A stretch of DNA of 32,000 nucleotides from Acaryochloris marina MBIC11017 (GTDB lineage: Bacteria; Cyanobacteriota; Cyanobacteriia; Thermosynechococcales; Thermosynechococcaceae): NCBI RefSeq assembly GCF_000018105.1, contig NC_009925.1:3240001-3272000 (forward strand), written 5' to 3'. A program made the translations under genes and the position numbers. Below the pieces are notes generated by a model that was given only the letters and a program-made list of their open reading frames with translations, ran no database searches and was not told the origin of the DNA. The number at the start of each line of letters is the position of its first letter. Position 1 is the first letter of the stretch. Shown piece by piece: positions 18,370 through 26,461 of this stretch.

Positions 18370-19469
18370 ATGGAACTCCTCCAGCAATTCCTTCCGTGCC
18401 AAGACACCCTCCATCTAGAAAGTTGGGATCTTGAATTCTAACCATCAAATAACCTTCCATGTTTCTTCAACCCAAGTCTTTGCATGTTGTCCAGTCTGCA
18501 ATCAAATCACCCACCGCGTCCACAGTCGTTATGAGCGAACCCTGAGAGACCTTCCCTGTGTGGATTTCTGCCTGACCATTCTGCTTCAAGTTTGCAAGTT
18601 CTTTTGCCGTAACGAGGCTTGCAAACGCTGCATCTTTACTGAGCGATTGCCCAAGGTTGCTGTTCCTTGGGCCAGAAAGACTATTCGGTTTGCTGAACAC
18701 CTTACCTCGATTGGCCTAGCCCTTGGGGGTGCCGCAGCAGCGAGGCTGAGCTATCAGATCAATTATGGGAGTAGTCGCAATACGATGTTACGCTCTATTG
18801 CCAAGCTAGAGCCTCCCCCTGCCCCAACCCCTAAGATTCTAGGGGTAGATGATTTTGCCTTTCAGCGTGGCCATCACTATGGCACGATTCTGGTGGACTT
18901 AGAACACCATCGGACTATTGCCCTCCTACCAGATCGTGATGCAAAAACTTTAGTCGCTTGGTTGGAAGAACACCCTGGTGTTGAAATCCTTTCTCGTGAC
19001 CGCTCCAAGACCTACAAGTCTGCCATAAGTGAAGGTGCGCCCAATGCCATTCAGGTCGCAGATCGCTTCCACCTGCTGAAGAACTTACAAGAAGTATTGG
19101 AAAAGGTATTTCACTCTAACTATCCTGCGCTGAAAAGTGTTGATGCAGCCCTCTTGAAATCTGAAGTACCTGAGCCACATGCACCAGAGAGTAACGAGAA
19201 AAGCAAGGTGCCTCCCGATGAGCAAGGTCCTCGGAGTCGTGCTCATCGATTGAACAACTATCAACAAACTCATGCCTTGAAGCAGCAGGGGTATTGAGTG
19301 ACTGACATTGCTCATCATCTAGGTATTGCCAAAAGGACTGCTTACCAGTATTTGTCCCACCCATTCTTTCCTGAACATCAGCCCTATACCCGTAAAGTGC
19401 CTACTGTTATCGAGCCTTACAAAGACTATCTTTACCAAGAGTGGATGGCTGGGCGACAGAATAGCTATT
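18370..19469 (+). pseudogene. ISL3-family transposase, inactivated (frameshift, in-frame TGA, missing C-terminal catalytic region)
   Basis: MELLQQFLPCQDTLHLESWDL (ATG 18370) is in a different frame from the main ORF (18431..), so there is an indel between 18419 and 18441. zf-ISL3 CPVC...HSRYERTLRDLP...FFCRNEAC. DDE parts GVDDFAF, LSRDRSKTY, ADRFHLLKN. TGA at 19295-19297. The HTH part DIAHHLGIAKRTAYQYL continues to ~19469. No SNG-VEG-type E region appears in any frame. Confidence 0.75.
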
Positions 19470-20236
19470 GTACGAAGTACCGTGACGCCTTGATTGGGCA
19501 CAAATCGATCAAGTGTGTTAAGACGAACGATCTCGATGCTGAGACCGTGGCCGTTCTTGAAACTCTCCCCCGCCTTGAGCAACTTCAGATCTCACATCGC
19601 CGGATACCGTCATCCCTCAACCTGGCTGGTCTTTCGAGTTGCCGCTATGTGATGCTAAACGATGTGCGTCAATTAGAGAGTCTTGACATTGTCGCTAACA
19701 TGCCGTCGCTTGAGTGCTTGTTCGTGCGTGGTCCCAAAACGCTAGATCTGGAGGCGTTGTCAACTCTCAATTTGCGCGAGTTGGCCATGTGGTGCTTTTT
19801 CCCCTGGACGGAAATGGATCCACTTTTTTCAAATACAAAGCTTGAGTATTTGTGTCTTGGAGGAATTAAACCTGCGCCGGAAGATTGTGGTCGATTTCGA
19901 GATCTTAAGCACCTGGAGCAGATCGAATTCAACAGCAGTTCTCATCCCTTTGATTTTTACGCCAGAATGGATAGCGTTCTTTCCCAACGAGTTGACCGCA
20001 ATTGGAGACTACTTGTGCGACTTGCAGAGGAATGCAGCGTACACCCTGGCCACCCTCTCCTTCAGGCGTCGGGTTCGCGACAACGACCATTCTGTGAATT
20101 GTGTTCCCCGAAACGCCTAGAAAAACTCGCTGTTTGTTATGCCTCTCTTACCGGAGTTCCGCTGCCTGTCCCGAAGGTGGAATCAGAGCAATTTGGAATG
20201 TCAAAAGACGGCAAGCACTATCGCTTTTTTACATGA
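19298..20236 (+). CDS. Chimeric ORF: ISL3 transposase HTH segment fused in frame to a leucine-rich-repeat-like region
   Basis: It is in the same frame as 18431..19297, separated only by one TGA. Residues ~1-57 are transposase-like. Residues ~80-215 show irregular LxxLxL repeats (LPRLEQLQISH, LESLDIVANMPSLECLFV, LNLRELAMW, KLEYLCLGG, LKHLEQIEFN). Expression is uncertain. Confidence 0.45.
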   Translation: MTDIAHHLGIAKRTAYQYLSHPFFPEHQPYTRKVPTVIEPYKDYLYQEWMAGRQNSYCTKYRDALIGHKSIKCVKTNDLDAETVAVLETLPRLEQLQISHRRIPSSLNLAGLSSCRYVMLNDVRQLESLDIVANMPSLECLFVRGPKTLDLEALSTLNLRELAMWCFFPWTEMDPLFSNTKLEYLCLGGIKPAPEDCGRFRDLKHLEQIEFNSSSHPFDFYARMDSVLSQRVDRNWRLLVRLAEECSVHPGHPLLQASGSRQRPFCELCSPKRLEKLAVCYASLTGVPLPVPKVESEQFGMSKDGKHYRFFT

Positions 20237-20472
20237 CCAGATGTTGGCATTTTTAATGGGACTGATGACCAAGCCGTGCACAGGACAACGGCATTTTAAT
20301 ATTTACATCATTCCGTAGTTGCTGGGGACACAGATAACCATGGTATGAACGCGGAGCCAGCGAACTCGCGTTTTGAAGATGGAAGGATTTCTGCGCCAGC
20401 CCGTTTATGCCAAACGTTACCCTACCTTCTCAGATCACCAAAAGCGGCCAAGACCCTCTTGGGTTGAAAATT

Positions 20473-22674
20473 CTACCGAACACTGGCTTGAGTCACTTCC
20501 TTGGTCTGTTCTTGACTTGGTATTGCTATATTGTCAGGATCTTGCCTGCAGTATTGCTCTTTAAAGTGTTCCTGAACGTAGTAATGAACAAATTGATAAT
20601 GCCCCGCAACACACAGAATGAAGCGATAATTTTCAGCTTGTTGCAAGAATTTTGCGAAGTTCCAAGGGGCAACACCGGACTGAAAAAGAACAAAGCGTAA
20701 ACAGATGTGTTTAATTACTTCTTCAAGTCCGCTAGTTAGCATAACGATAAGTCCGATAGTTAATCCGCAAATACATCCTCCAATCAGCCAGCTTGTTGAA
20801 TTGAAAAGTACTACAATCACTAGCCCTCCAAGTACCCCTCCAATCACCCCTCCAATTAGTCCAAGACTTATGGAAGTTGCGATTGATTCTTTGATTCCTT
20901 GATTGGGACTTGGATGGTGAGTTCTCTTTGATTCTTTAACTATACCAGCGCTTAATCCTTCAATTAGCCCTACAACTAGTCCAAAAATAAGCCCTCCAAT
21001 ATGCCCTTCAGTCTGTCCAAAAGTTTGCCTAAAAATTAGTCCTCCAAATAGTCCTCCAAATAGTCCTCCTATTAACCAGAACATCAGCTTTTGTCTGAAA
21101 TTGGTCCAAGAGAACTTAGTTTTTCCTGTTACTTTAATATCAGTGTTCCATTTTTCATGCCCTCGTTTTAATCCACAGCTTAGACCAATTATTAGACCTC
21201 CAATTAGCCCTCTGTTTAACTTGAATATTGGTCCTCCAATTAGGCTATCTAAAAGCCTTCCAATGAAGCCACCAACTAATCCTCCGGTTAGTGAAAAAAT
21301 TAGTATAGTTATCTGTCTAAAAAATTTTTTTTGGTCTGGTTTTAACCAAGATGGCTGTAAACCCTCAATCCAAAAACAGGTTGGTGTTTTATGGGTATCT
21401 TTGCTTTTGCTAAGGTTCTTGGCTAGCCAACCTAGGTAATCTAAAATCTTATCTGATGTTGGCAATTTTTTTGATCTATGAATGCTATTTTGATCATCTT
21501 TACTGAGTTGATAATGTATATATTTATCGATAATCTCATCACGACAGAGTGGCATGGTAAGTGAATCAATATCTTCATCTTGATAAGCAGCTACCAACAT
21601 AGAGAGGAAAAAAGGTAAATAAGTTATGTCTTCCTCTTCATGAGTAAAATTCTTGCTTAATACACTTTTGAGTGATCCCTTACCTAAGTTATGAAAATAA
21701 CTTTGAATTTGAAGTGTATCAGGTTTCTTTAAGTTAATGACTCCGTTCAAATATTTAAATATTTGAGTGTTGCTTTCTGGGTTTTCATTTCCTTCACTTC
21801 TACAGCAAATTAGACATTTAGTTAATGGATTCTGTTCTAAGAAGCCATTTATAGATTGAATACATAACCTCTGACTTTTTGTGTATGAAGATTTGATACT
21901 ATCTAACTCATCTATTTCTCTTAGATCATCTAATCCATCTAGAAATAGAAAAATATGATTTTGATCAATTAATATTTTGGTGTCTGATTTTGGAACGCCA
22001 TATTTGTTTTTAATCTGAGTAAATAGCCATTTCTCAAACTCTTGTTCTTCATAAGAATATTGAGATAGGTCTAAAGGTATTGGGATAGGATTGTCAGATA
22101 GTGTTTTATGTTTTTGTAGAAAAACTATCTCTTCTAAAAGAAGTTGTTTAGCTGTTTCTAGCAACTCATCAGTTTTTCCTGACCCATGTTCTCCAAGCAT
22201 GAGGCATCTACCTTTTATATAGTCATGCTCTAAAAAAGAAACTGTTGTTGGGTGATCTGCATAATTTAGGATTCGTGGTGTTTTCTTGTCTGAAAAATTT
22301 TCATTAGGTGGTATGACTGTGAGAAGAGCTGTCTTATGCTGAAGACCAATACGAAATTTGGATTCATATCGTGAGTCTTTAAGTTTTAAAATGACTTCTT
22401 TCCAAACTTTTTTGAGTAAGGTTTGACGAGTAAATAAGATTTCTTGATCTTTGATTTTTGCTTGTCTAGGGAATAAATTATGAATGGTTTTTTGTATGCC
22501 TTCAATAACTGTAGGAGCGTTCTCAGTAATCTTTGCTAGTGCTGTAATTATTGAAGACGTACCTAATGTATTTAGAATGTTTTGCCAACTGCTAGCCACT
22601 TCAATGGCATCAGATGGGTTGGCTTTGCTACTGGTTGCAATGGTAGACACCCACGATATAATGTCATGAATCAT
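20473..22674 (-). CDS. NACHT/STAND-type P-loop NTPase with an embedded six-helix glycine-zipper membrane module
   Basis: 733 aa. Walker A GEHGSGKT (res 161-168, nt 22171-22194). Walker B IFLFLDGLDD (res 241-250). LICCRSE (TSR-like) at 288-294. Residues ~452-650 form six hydrophobic GxxxG-rich helices (GGLVGGFIG, LIGGLIIGL, LIGGLFGGLFGGL, IGGLIFGLVVGL, LIGGVIGGVLGGL, LIGGCICGLTIGL) separated by basic loops. The tail ...GHYQFVHYYVQEHF resembles C-termini of cyanobacterial NACHT proteins. The gene is very AT-rich. Confidence 0.8.
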   Translation of the reverse strand: MIHDIISWVSTIATSSKANPSDAIEVASSWQNILNTLGTSSIITALAKITENAPTVIEGIQKTIHNLFPRQAKIKDQEILFTRQTLLKKVWKEVILKLKDSRYESKFRIGLQHKTALLTVIPPNENFSDKKTPRILNYADHPTTVSFLEHDYIKGRCLMLGEHGSGKTDELLETAKQLLLEEIVFLQKHKTLSDNPIPIPLDLSQYSYEEQEFEKWLFTQIKNKYGVPKSDTKILIDQNHIFLFLDGLDDLREIDELDSIKSSYTKSQRLCIQSINGFLEQNPLTKCLICCRSEGNENPESNTQIFKYLNGVINLKKPDTLQIQSYFHNLGKGSLKSVLSKNFTHEEEDITYLPFFLSMLVAAYQDEDIDSLTMPLCRDEIIDKYIHYQLSKDDQNSIHRSKKLPTSDKILDYLGWLAKNLSKSKDTHKTPTCFWIEGLQPSWLKPDQKKFFRQITILIFSLTGGLVGGFIGRLLDSLIGGPIFKLNRGLIGGLIIGLSCGLKRGHEKWNTDIKVTGKTKFSWTNFRQKLMFWLIGGLFGGLFGGLIFRQTFGQTEGHIGGLIFGLVVGLIEGLSAGIVKESKRTHHPSPNQGIKESIATSISLGLIGGVIGGVLGGLVIVVLFNSTSWLIGGCICGLTIGLIVMLTSGLEEVIKHICLRFVLFQSGVAPWNFAKFLQQAENYRFILCVAGHYQFVHYYVQEHFKEQYCRQDPDNIAIPSQEQTKEVTQASVR

Positions 22675-23172
22675 AATTTTTACCGATTTATAGAGATTCT
22701 TTTGGAATGACTCTCTTAATGCAGATAAAATATTTTCGATTTATAGATAGTATTATAAGACAGGTGATTATGTGAATGGAGGTTCTTGACCAACTTGCTT
22801 GGTTCAACGAATGTCACCTTGAATTTATAGCGATCTGATGATCGATGCTATGGCTTGATGACGGTATTTTCAGTGGTTTACAATTACATAAACTGAAAAA
22901 TTCATTTTCGAGATGAGCATATGTCGAAAATAGTATGTGTTATTTTATTTGGCAACAATAAGTCTTTGGCATAGCCGGTCCTACTCTATATCTGTTGAAG
23001 CGTGATTAGTGTGTAAGACTTTTTTTCAGTAAGGAATTCTAGAATTTCTTTAGCAAGCACTCTTGAAAATCTTTCTAGTTTTAAGTTTGATATCTCTATC
23101 ATGATTGAATAAAAATAGTGCTAAATAGACTAGTACAATTATCCCTACTTATTTTGTATGGATTAGAGCATT

Positions 23173-24456
23173 ATGCCTCGTTTCCTCCATGTTGCTGATG
23201 TACATTTGGGCTACACCAAATATGACTCACCAGAGCGTACCAAAGATTTTTTTCACGCTTTTAGTGATGCGCTTGAACGCTATGCCATTGAACCCCAGGT
23301 CGACTTTGTCCTGATTGTTGGGGACTTGTTTGAGCATCGCCAAGTGCTACCTGCGATCCTCAATCAAGCGCAGCTCTGCCTGAGACGATTACAAGAAGTC
23401 GGTATACCCGTCTTAGCGATTGAAGGAAATCATGATTATTGCCTCTATGGAACGAATACCAGTTGGTTGCGATATCTAGCGAGTTGGGATCTTCTAATGC
23501 TGTTGGAACCGGATGAGAATGAGCAGTTGATGCCTTGGGATCCGGATACTAAACGTGGAGGCTATATTGATCTTGACTGTGGTGTGCGAGTGATTGGGTC
23601 TCGGTGGTATGGAGCGGCTGCGCCTCAGGCAATTCAATCCTTAGCCCCTTTGATAGAAAAACTCCCTTCTGGCCCTGATCATACGGTGATGATGTTCCAT
23701 CATGGGTTAGAAGGACATGTCTCTCGCTACAGTGGTGCATTGCGCTATCAAGACTTTGCTCCCTTGCTAACCGCAGGTGTAGATTATTTAGCCCTTGGCC
23801 ATATCCACCGCAGCTACTCTGCCGAAAGCTGGATTTTTAACCCTGGCTCCATCGAAGCGAATAGCGTGATTGAAAACCAAGACCAGAATCCTCGGGGGGT
23901 GTTCTTGGTCAACCTAACCAAAAAAGGAATCAAAGCTGATCTCAAATCCGATTATTATCAACGCCATATTGAGCGCTTAAACCTAAAAGCAGATCCGAAG
24001 CAAACGGCTGCAGAATTGGAAGCAGCGGCAATTACTACGATTGAAACGGCCTACAAAAACGGCAAAACAGAAGATGCCATCGTAGAACTAAAAATTCAGG
24101 GCACAATTGGATTTGAGCGTTCTGATTTGAATGTGAAAGAGCTGAGGACTCAACTCCATACCCTCAGTAAAGCTTTAATCATGCTGATTAAATATGAAGT
24201 CACTGGGGTTGAATATCACAGCTATATCAGCGATCAAGAAGAACTCCCCTCTCGCCACGATATTGAGCGATTGGTTTTTACCGATCTTTTAGCTGCGAAT
24301 GCTCATTACCGAGACCAGGCAGAATCCCTTTCTTCAGGCCTTATGGATCTAAAAGATCGCCTACTTAAACAGCAAACTGAACCTGAACTCTATCAATATG
24401 CTCAGGAACTGCTGTCTGCAAAGTCTTCAGAAGCGGATAAGCCAGTGCAAGATTAG
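23173..24456 (+). CDS. sbcD: SbcD/Mre11-family metallophosphoesterase (DNA repair exonuclease-like)
   Basis: All calcineurin-like motifs are present: ADVHLG, VGDLFE, GNHD, MFHHG, GHIH. ~160-aa C-terminal capping/dimerisation-like region. No sbcC-like ATPase gene is adjacent. Confidence 0.8.
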   Translation: MPRFLHVADVHLGYTKYDSPERTKDFFHAFSDALERYAIEPQVDFVLIVGDLFEHRQVLPAILNQAQLCLRRLQEVGIPVLAIEGNHDYCLYGTNTSWLRYLASWDLLMLLEPDENEQLMPWDPDTKRGGYIDLDCGVRVIGSRWYGAAAPQAIQSLAPLIEKLPSGPDHTVMMFHHGLEGHVSRYSGALRYQDFAPLLTAGVDYLALGHIHRSYSAESWIFNPGSIEANSVIENQDQNPRGVFLVNLTKKGIKADLKSDYYQRHIERLNLKADPKQTAAELEAAAITTIETAYKNGKTEDAIVELKIQGTIGFERSDLNVKELRTQLHTLSKALIMLIKYEVTGVEYHSYISDQEELPSRHDIERLVFTDLLAANAHYRDQAESLSSGLMDLKDRLLKQQTEPELYQYAQELLSAKSSEADKPVQD

Positions 24457-24465
24457 ACCAAAAGT

Positions 24466-24960
24466 CTATTCCACAGGAATCTTGCACCGATCTGTAGAGC
24501 AATCAATTTGCCGTTGTCGTTCAGCTAGGATTGTTGCTAAATCTGCTCTGCCTGTCAACTTCAACCGCCAGTTTGCCCAGATATCATAGATAAAGTCGGC
24601 AATAGGACCGATGATAGGCAACTTGGTGATGGCATAAACCCAACCCATCCCCAAGACTTCATAGACTTTGCGAAAAACGGGGACGCCCACCATTACCGTG
24701 CCATCAGGCAATAACGCATGAATCGTTCCCATCGCCGTTTCAAAGTCAATGTTGCCATTCTCTTCTGGGGCATAATTCAAGTCTGCAATATCGACAAAGG
24801 CTACCAACCCTTGACCTGCATCCCGGTTCTGTAAAAAGTTGACTTCTCTCAAACAGAGAGGGCAAGCGCTATCGTAAAGCAGCTTAATTTGCCAAGAAGG
24901 GTTTAAATCAGATACAGCGGCTGCAGTCGTACTGGGAGATGAGGTGGTTTCAGTGGTCAT
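24466..24960 (-). CDS. DCC-family thiol-disulfide oxidoreductase (DUF393)
   Basis: LLYDSACPLCLREVNFL (DxxCxxC motif) and typical size. Confidence 0.8.
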   Translation of the reverse strand: MTTETTSSPSTTAAAVSDLNPSWQIKLLYDSACPLCLREVNFLQNRDAGQGLVAFVDIADLNYAPEENGNIDFETAMGTIHALLPDGTVMVGVPVFRKVYEVLGMGWVYAITKLPIIGPIADFIYDIWANWRLKLTGRADLATILAERQRQIDCSTDRCKIPVE

Positions 24961-25045
24961 AAAGGCTAGGTAGGAGCTTCTTTTTTGACTATAACCTTAT
25001 CTTTATGAGCAATGGGGCTTATTCAAGTCTCCCTAGCAGGTCCAC

Positions 25046-26461
25046 CTAATTTGACATGGTTGTTCTCAGCATGTCATGGGTCTGAGCAGGTAGCGGTTGG
25101 TTCCTAAAGTTAGGATGCTGGGCGTCAATTTGATGGGCTTTTTGAGTAATGGAGCTAAATTGACGGTCGGTTTGTTCTAAGTCACTAAAAATTTGCTGTG
25201 GATCGAATAGATGGGTCGTTGGCAGTGTTTTACCGAGGGTTTTGAGTACTAACCCGATGGGCACATTAATTGTTTCTTGTAGCTTAAGATAGCGTGCCAA
25301 AACAGGGGCAAATGCACTAATAATCGAACCAATGCCGCCCCGAGGCTGATACCAACCTACAAAATAGAGACCCTTGTAATCATCCAGAAATGCACCGTCA
25401 TAGCATTTAACCACTGAGCCTTGAACGCGTTGCAGCTCTGGCGCTAAAAACGGGTAAGCCACATAGTAGCCCGTGGCGCAAACGATCAGGTCGAAGTCTT
25501 CGCGGCTGCCATCTTCAAATTCCACTGAGTCTCCATCTAGCTTGCGGATGCCCGGCTTAGGAGTAATGCGACCATGCTTGATGTAGTAGGGAACTTCACT
25601 ATTGATGGTGGGGTGTTTCTCAAAAATTCGATGCTTGGGTGTCGGTAGACCGTAACTTTCATGTTTGCCAAAGGTCAGACGGATCAGTAGATACACCATC
25701 AGCCGTTGATACCAGAGAGGGCTGGGGCCTTTACTGTTTTTGCTGAGGTCGGCTACGGGAACACCGGCAAAGGTTTTGGGAATAAACCAAGGGGTATCCC
25801 GCATACTCAAGACACATTTAGCCCCCACCCGGGCGGCTTCGGCGGCCAAGTCACAGGCTGAATTACCCGCACCGATCACTAAAATGCGTTTGCCAATGAG
25901 CTGTTGAGGGCGTTTGTAGTCCTTGGAGTGAATGATTTCTCCGTTAAAATGCCCTTCAAATTTTGGCAGTCGCTTGCACCAGTGATGGCCATTACAGAGC
26001 ACAACCCCTTGATAGAGTCGCTGTTCATCATTGGCAAAGCTAACTTCCCAGAGATTATCTTCGACAGGGCGAACAAAGGTGATTTCGCGGTTGAGTTCAA
26101 TGGTGTCTCGTAATCCAAAATGATCGGTAAAGGCGTTAATGTAATCCCGCATATTTTGGGCGCTGGGAAAGTCAGGATACGTTTCCGGCATAGGGAAGTT
26201 CGTAAACTGAGTGATGTTACGAGAAGAGATGATATGCGCCGTTTCGTAAACGCCATGGTACCAATTCCCGCCGATATCATCGCTGGCATCCACCTGATCG
26301 TAGGGAATCCCTGCTTCTTTTAGAGCCTGAGCCATTCCCAAGCCTGCGTAGCCAGCACCAATAATTAGATATTTTTCGGAGGTTGTTTGCACGGATTTTC
26401 GAGTGAATAACTGCGTTAAGACGGTTTTTGGTATTGTCGTTTGATCTGGTTCGTGGTCCAT
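25046..26461 (-). CDS. Class B flavin-containing monooxygenase (FMO-like)
   Basis: FAD GxGxxG IIGAGYAGLG, NADPH GxGxxG VIGAGNSACD, and FMO-identifying FxGxxxHxxxY as FNGEIIHSKDY. ATG at 26461 is preferred over TTG at 26479. It overlaps the upstream SDR gene by 46 nt. Confidence 0.85.
   Translation of the reverse strand: MDHEPDQTTIPKTVLTQLFTRKSVQTTSEKYLIIGAGYAGLGMAQALKEAGIPYDQVDASDDIGGNWYHGVYETAHIISSRNITQFTNFPMPETYPDFPSAQNMRDYINAFTDHFGLRDTIELNREITFVRPVEDNLWEVSFANDEQRLYQGVVLCNGHHWCKRLPKFEGHFNGEIIHSKDYKRPQQLIGKRILVIGAGNSACDLAAEAARVGAKCVLSMRDTPWFIPKTFAGVPVADLSKNSKGPSPLWYQRLMVYLLIRLTFGKHESYGLPTPKHRIFEKHPTINSEVPYYIKHGRITPKPGIRKLDGDSVEFEDGSREDFDLIVCATGYYVAYPFLAPELQRVQGSVVKCYDGAFLDDYKGLYFVGWYQPRGGIGSIISAFAPVLARYLKLQETINVPIGLVLKTLGKTLPTTHLFDPQQIFSDLEQTDRQFSSITQKAHQIDAQHPNFRNQPLPAQTHDMLRTTMSN

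Larger units (their letters stand above)
18296..20457 (+). mobile_element. ISL3-family derivative (2162 bp) with intact termini, decayed transposase and an LRR-like passenger segment
   Basis: Perfect 24-bp terminal inverted repeats AGGGTCTTGGCCGCTTTTGGTGAT at 18296-18319 and 20434-20457 (reverse complement). If the ends are set at 18297/20456, the flanking octamers are TCTTGGAA and TCTTGGGT (6/8), consistent with a decayed 8-bp ISL3 target duplication. Confidence 0.8.

Noticed and set aside
20373-20700. ORFs 20373..20564 and 20407..20700 on the + strand
   Set aside because: They run across the right inverted repeat of the ISL3 element and into the antisense of the NACHT gene 3' end. They are shadow ORFs.
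19470-22674. Idea that the LRR-like ORF is the severed sensor domain of the neighbouring NACHT gene (a split NLR)
   Set aside because: The LRR segment is on the opposite strand (convergent). It lies inside the ISL3 inverted repeats, is fused in frame to transposase sequence, and has normal rather than AT-rich composition. The NACHT ORF ends with its own conserved tail and stop codon outside the IS. The adjacency is noted, but a simple split-gene origin is not supported.
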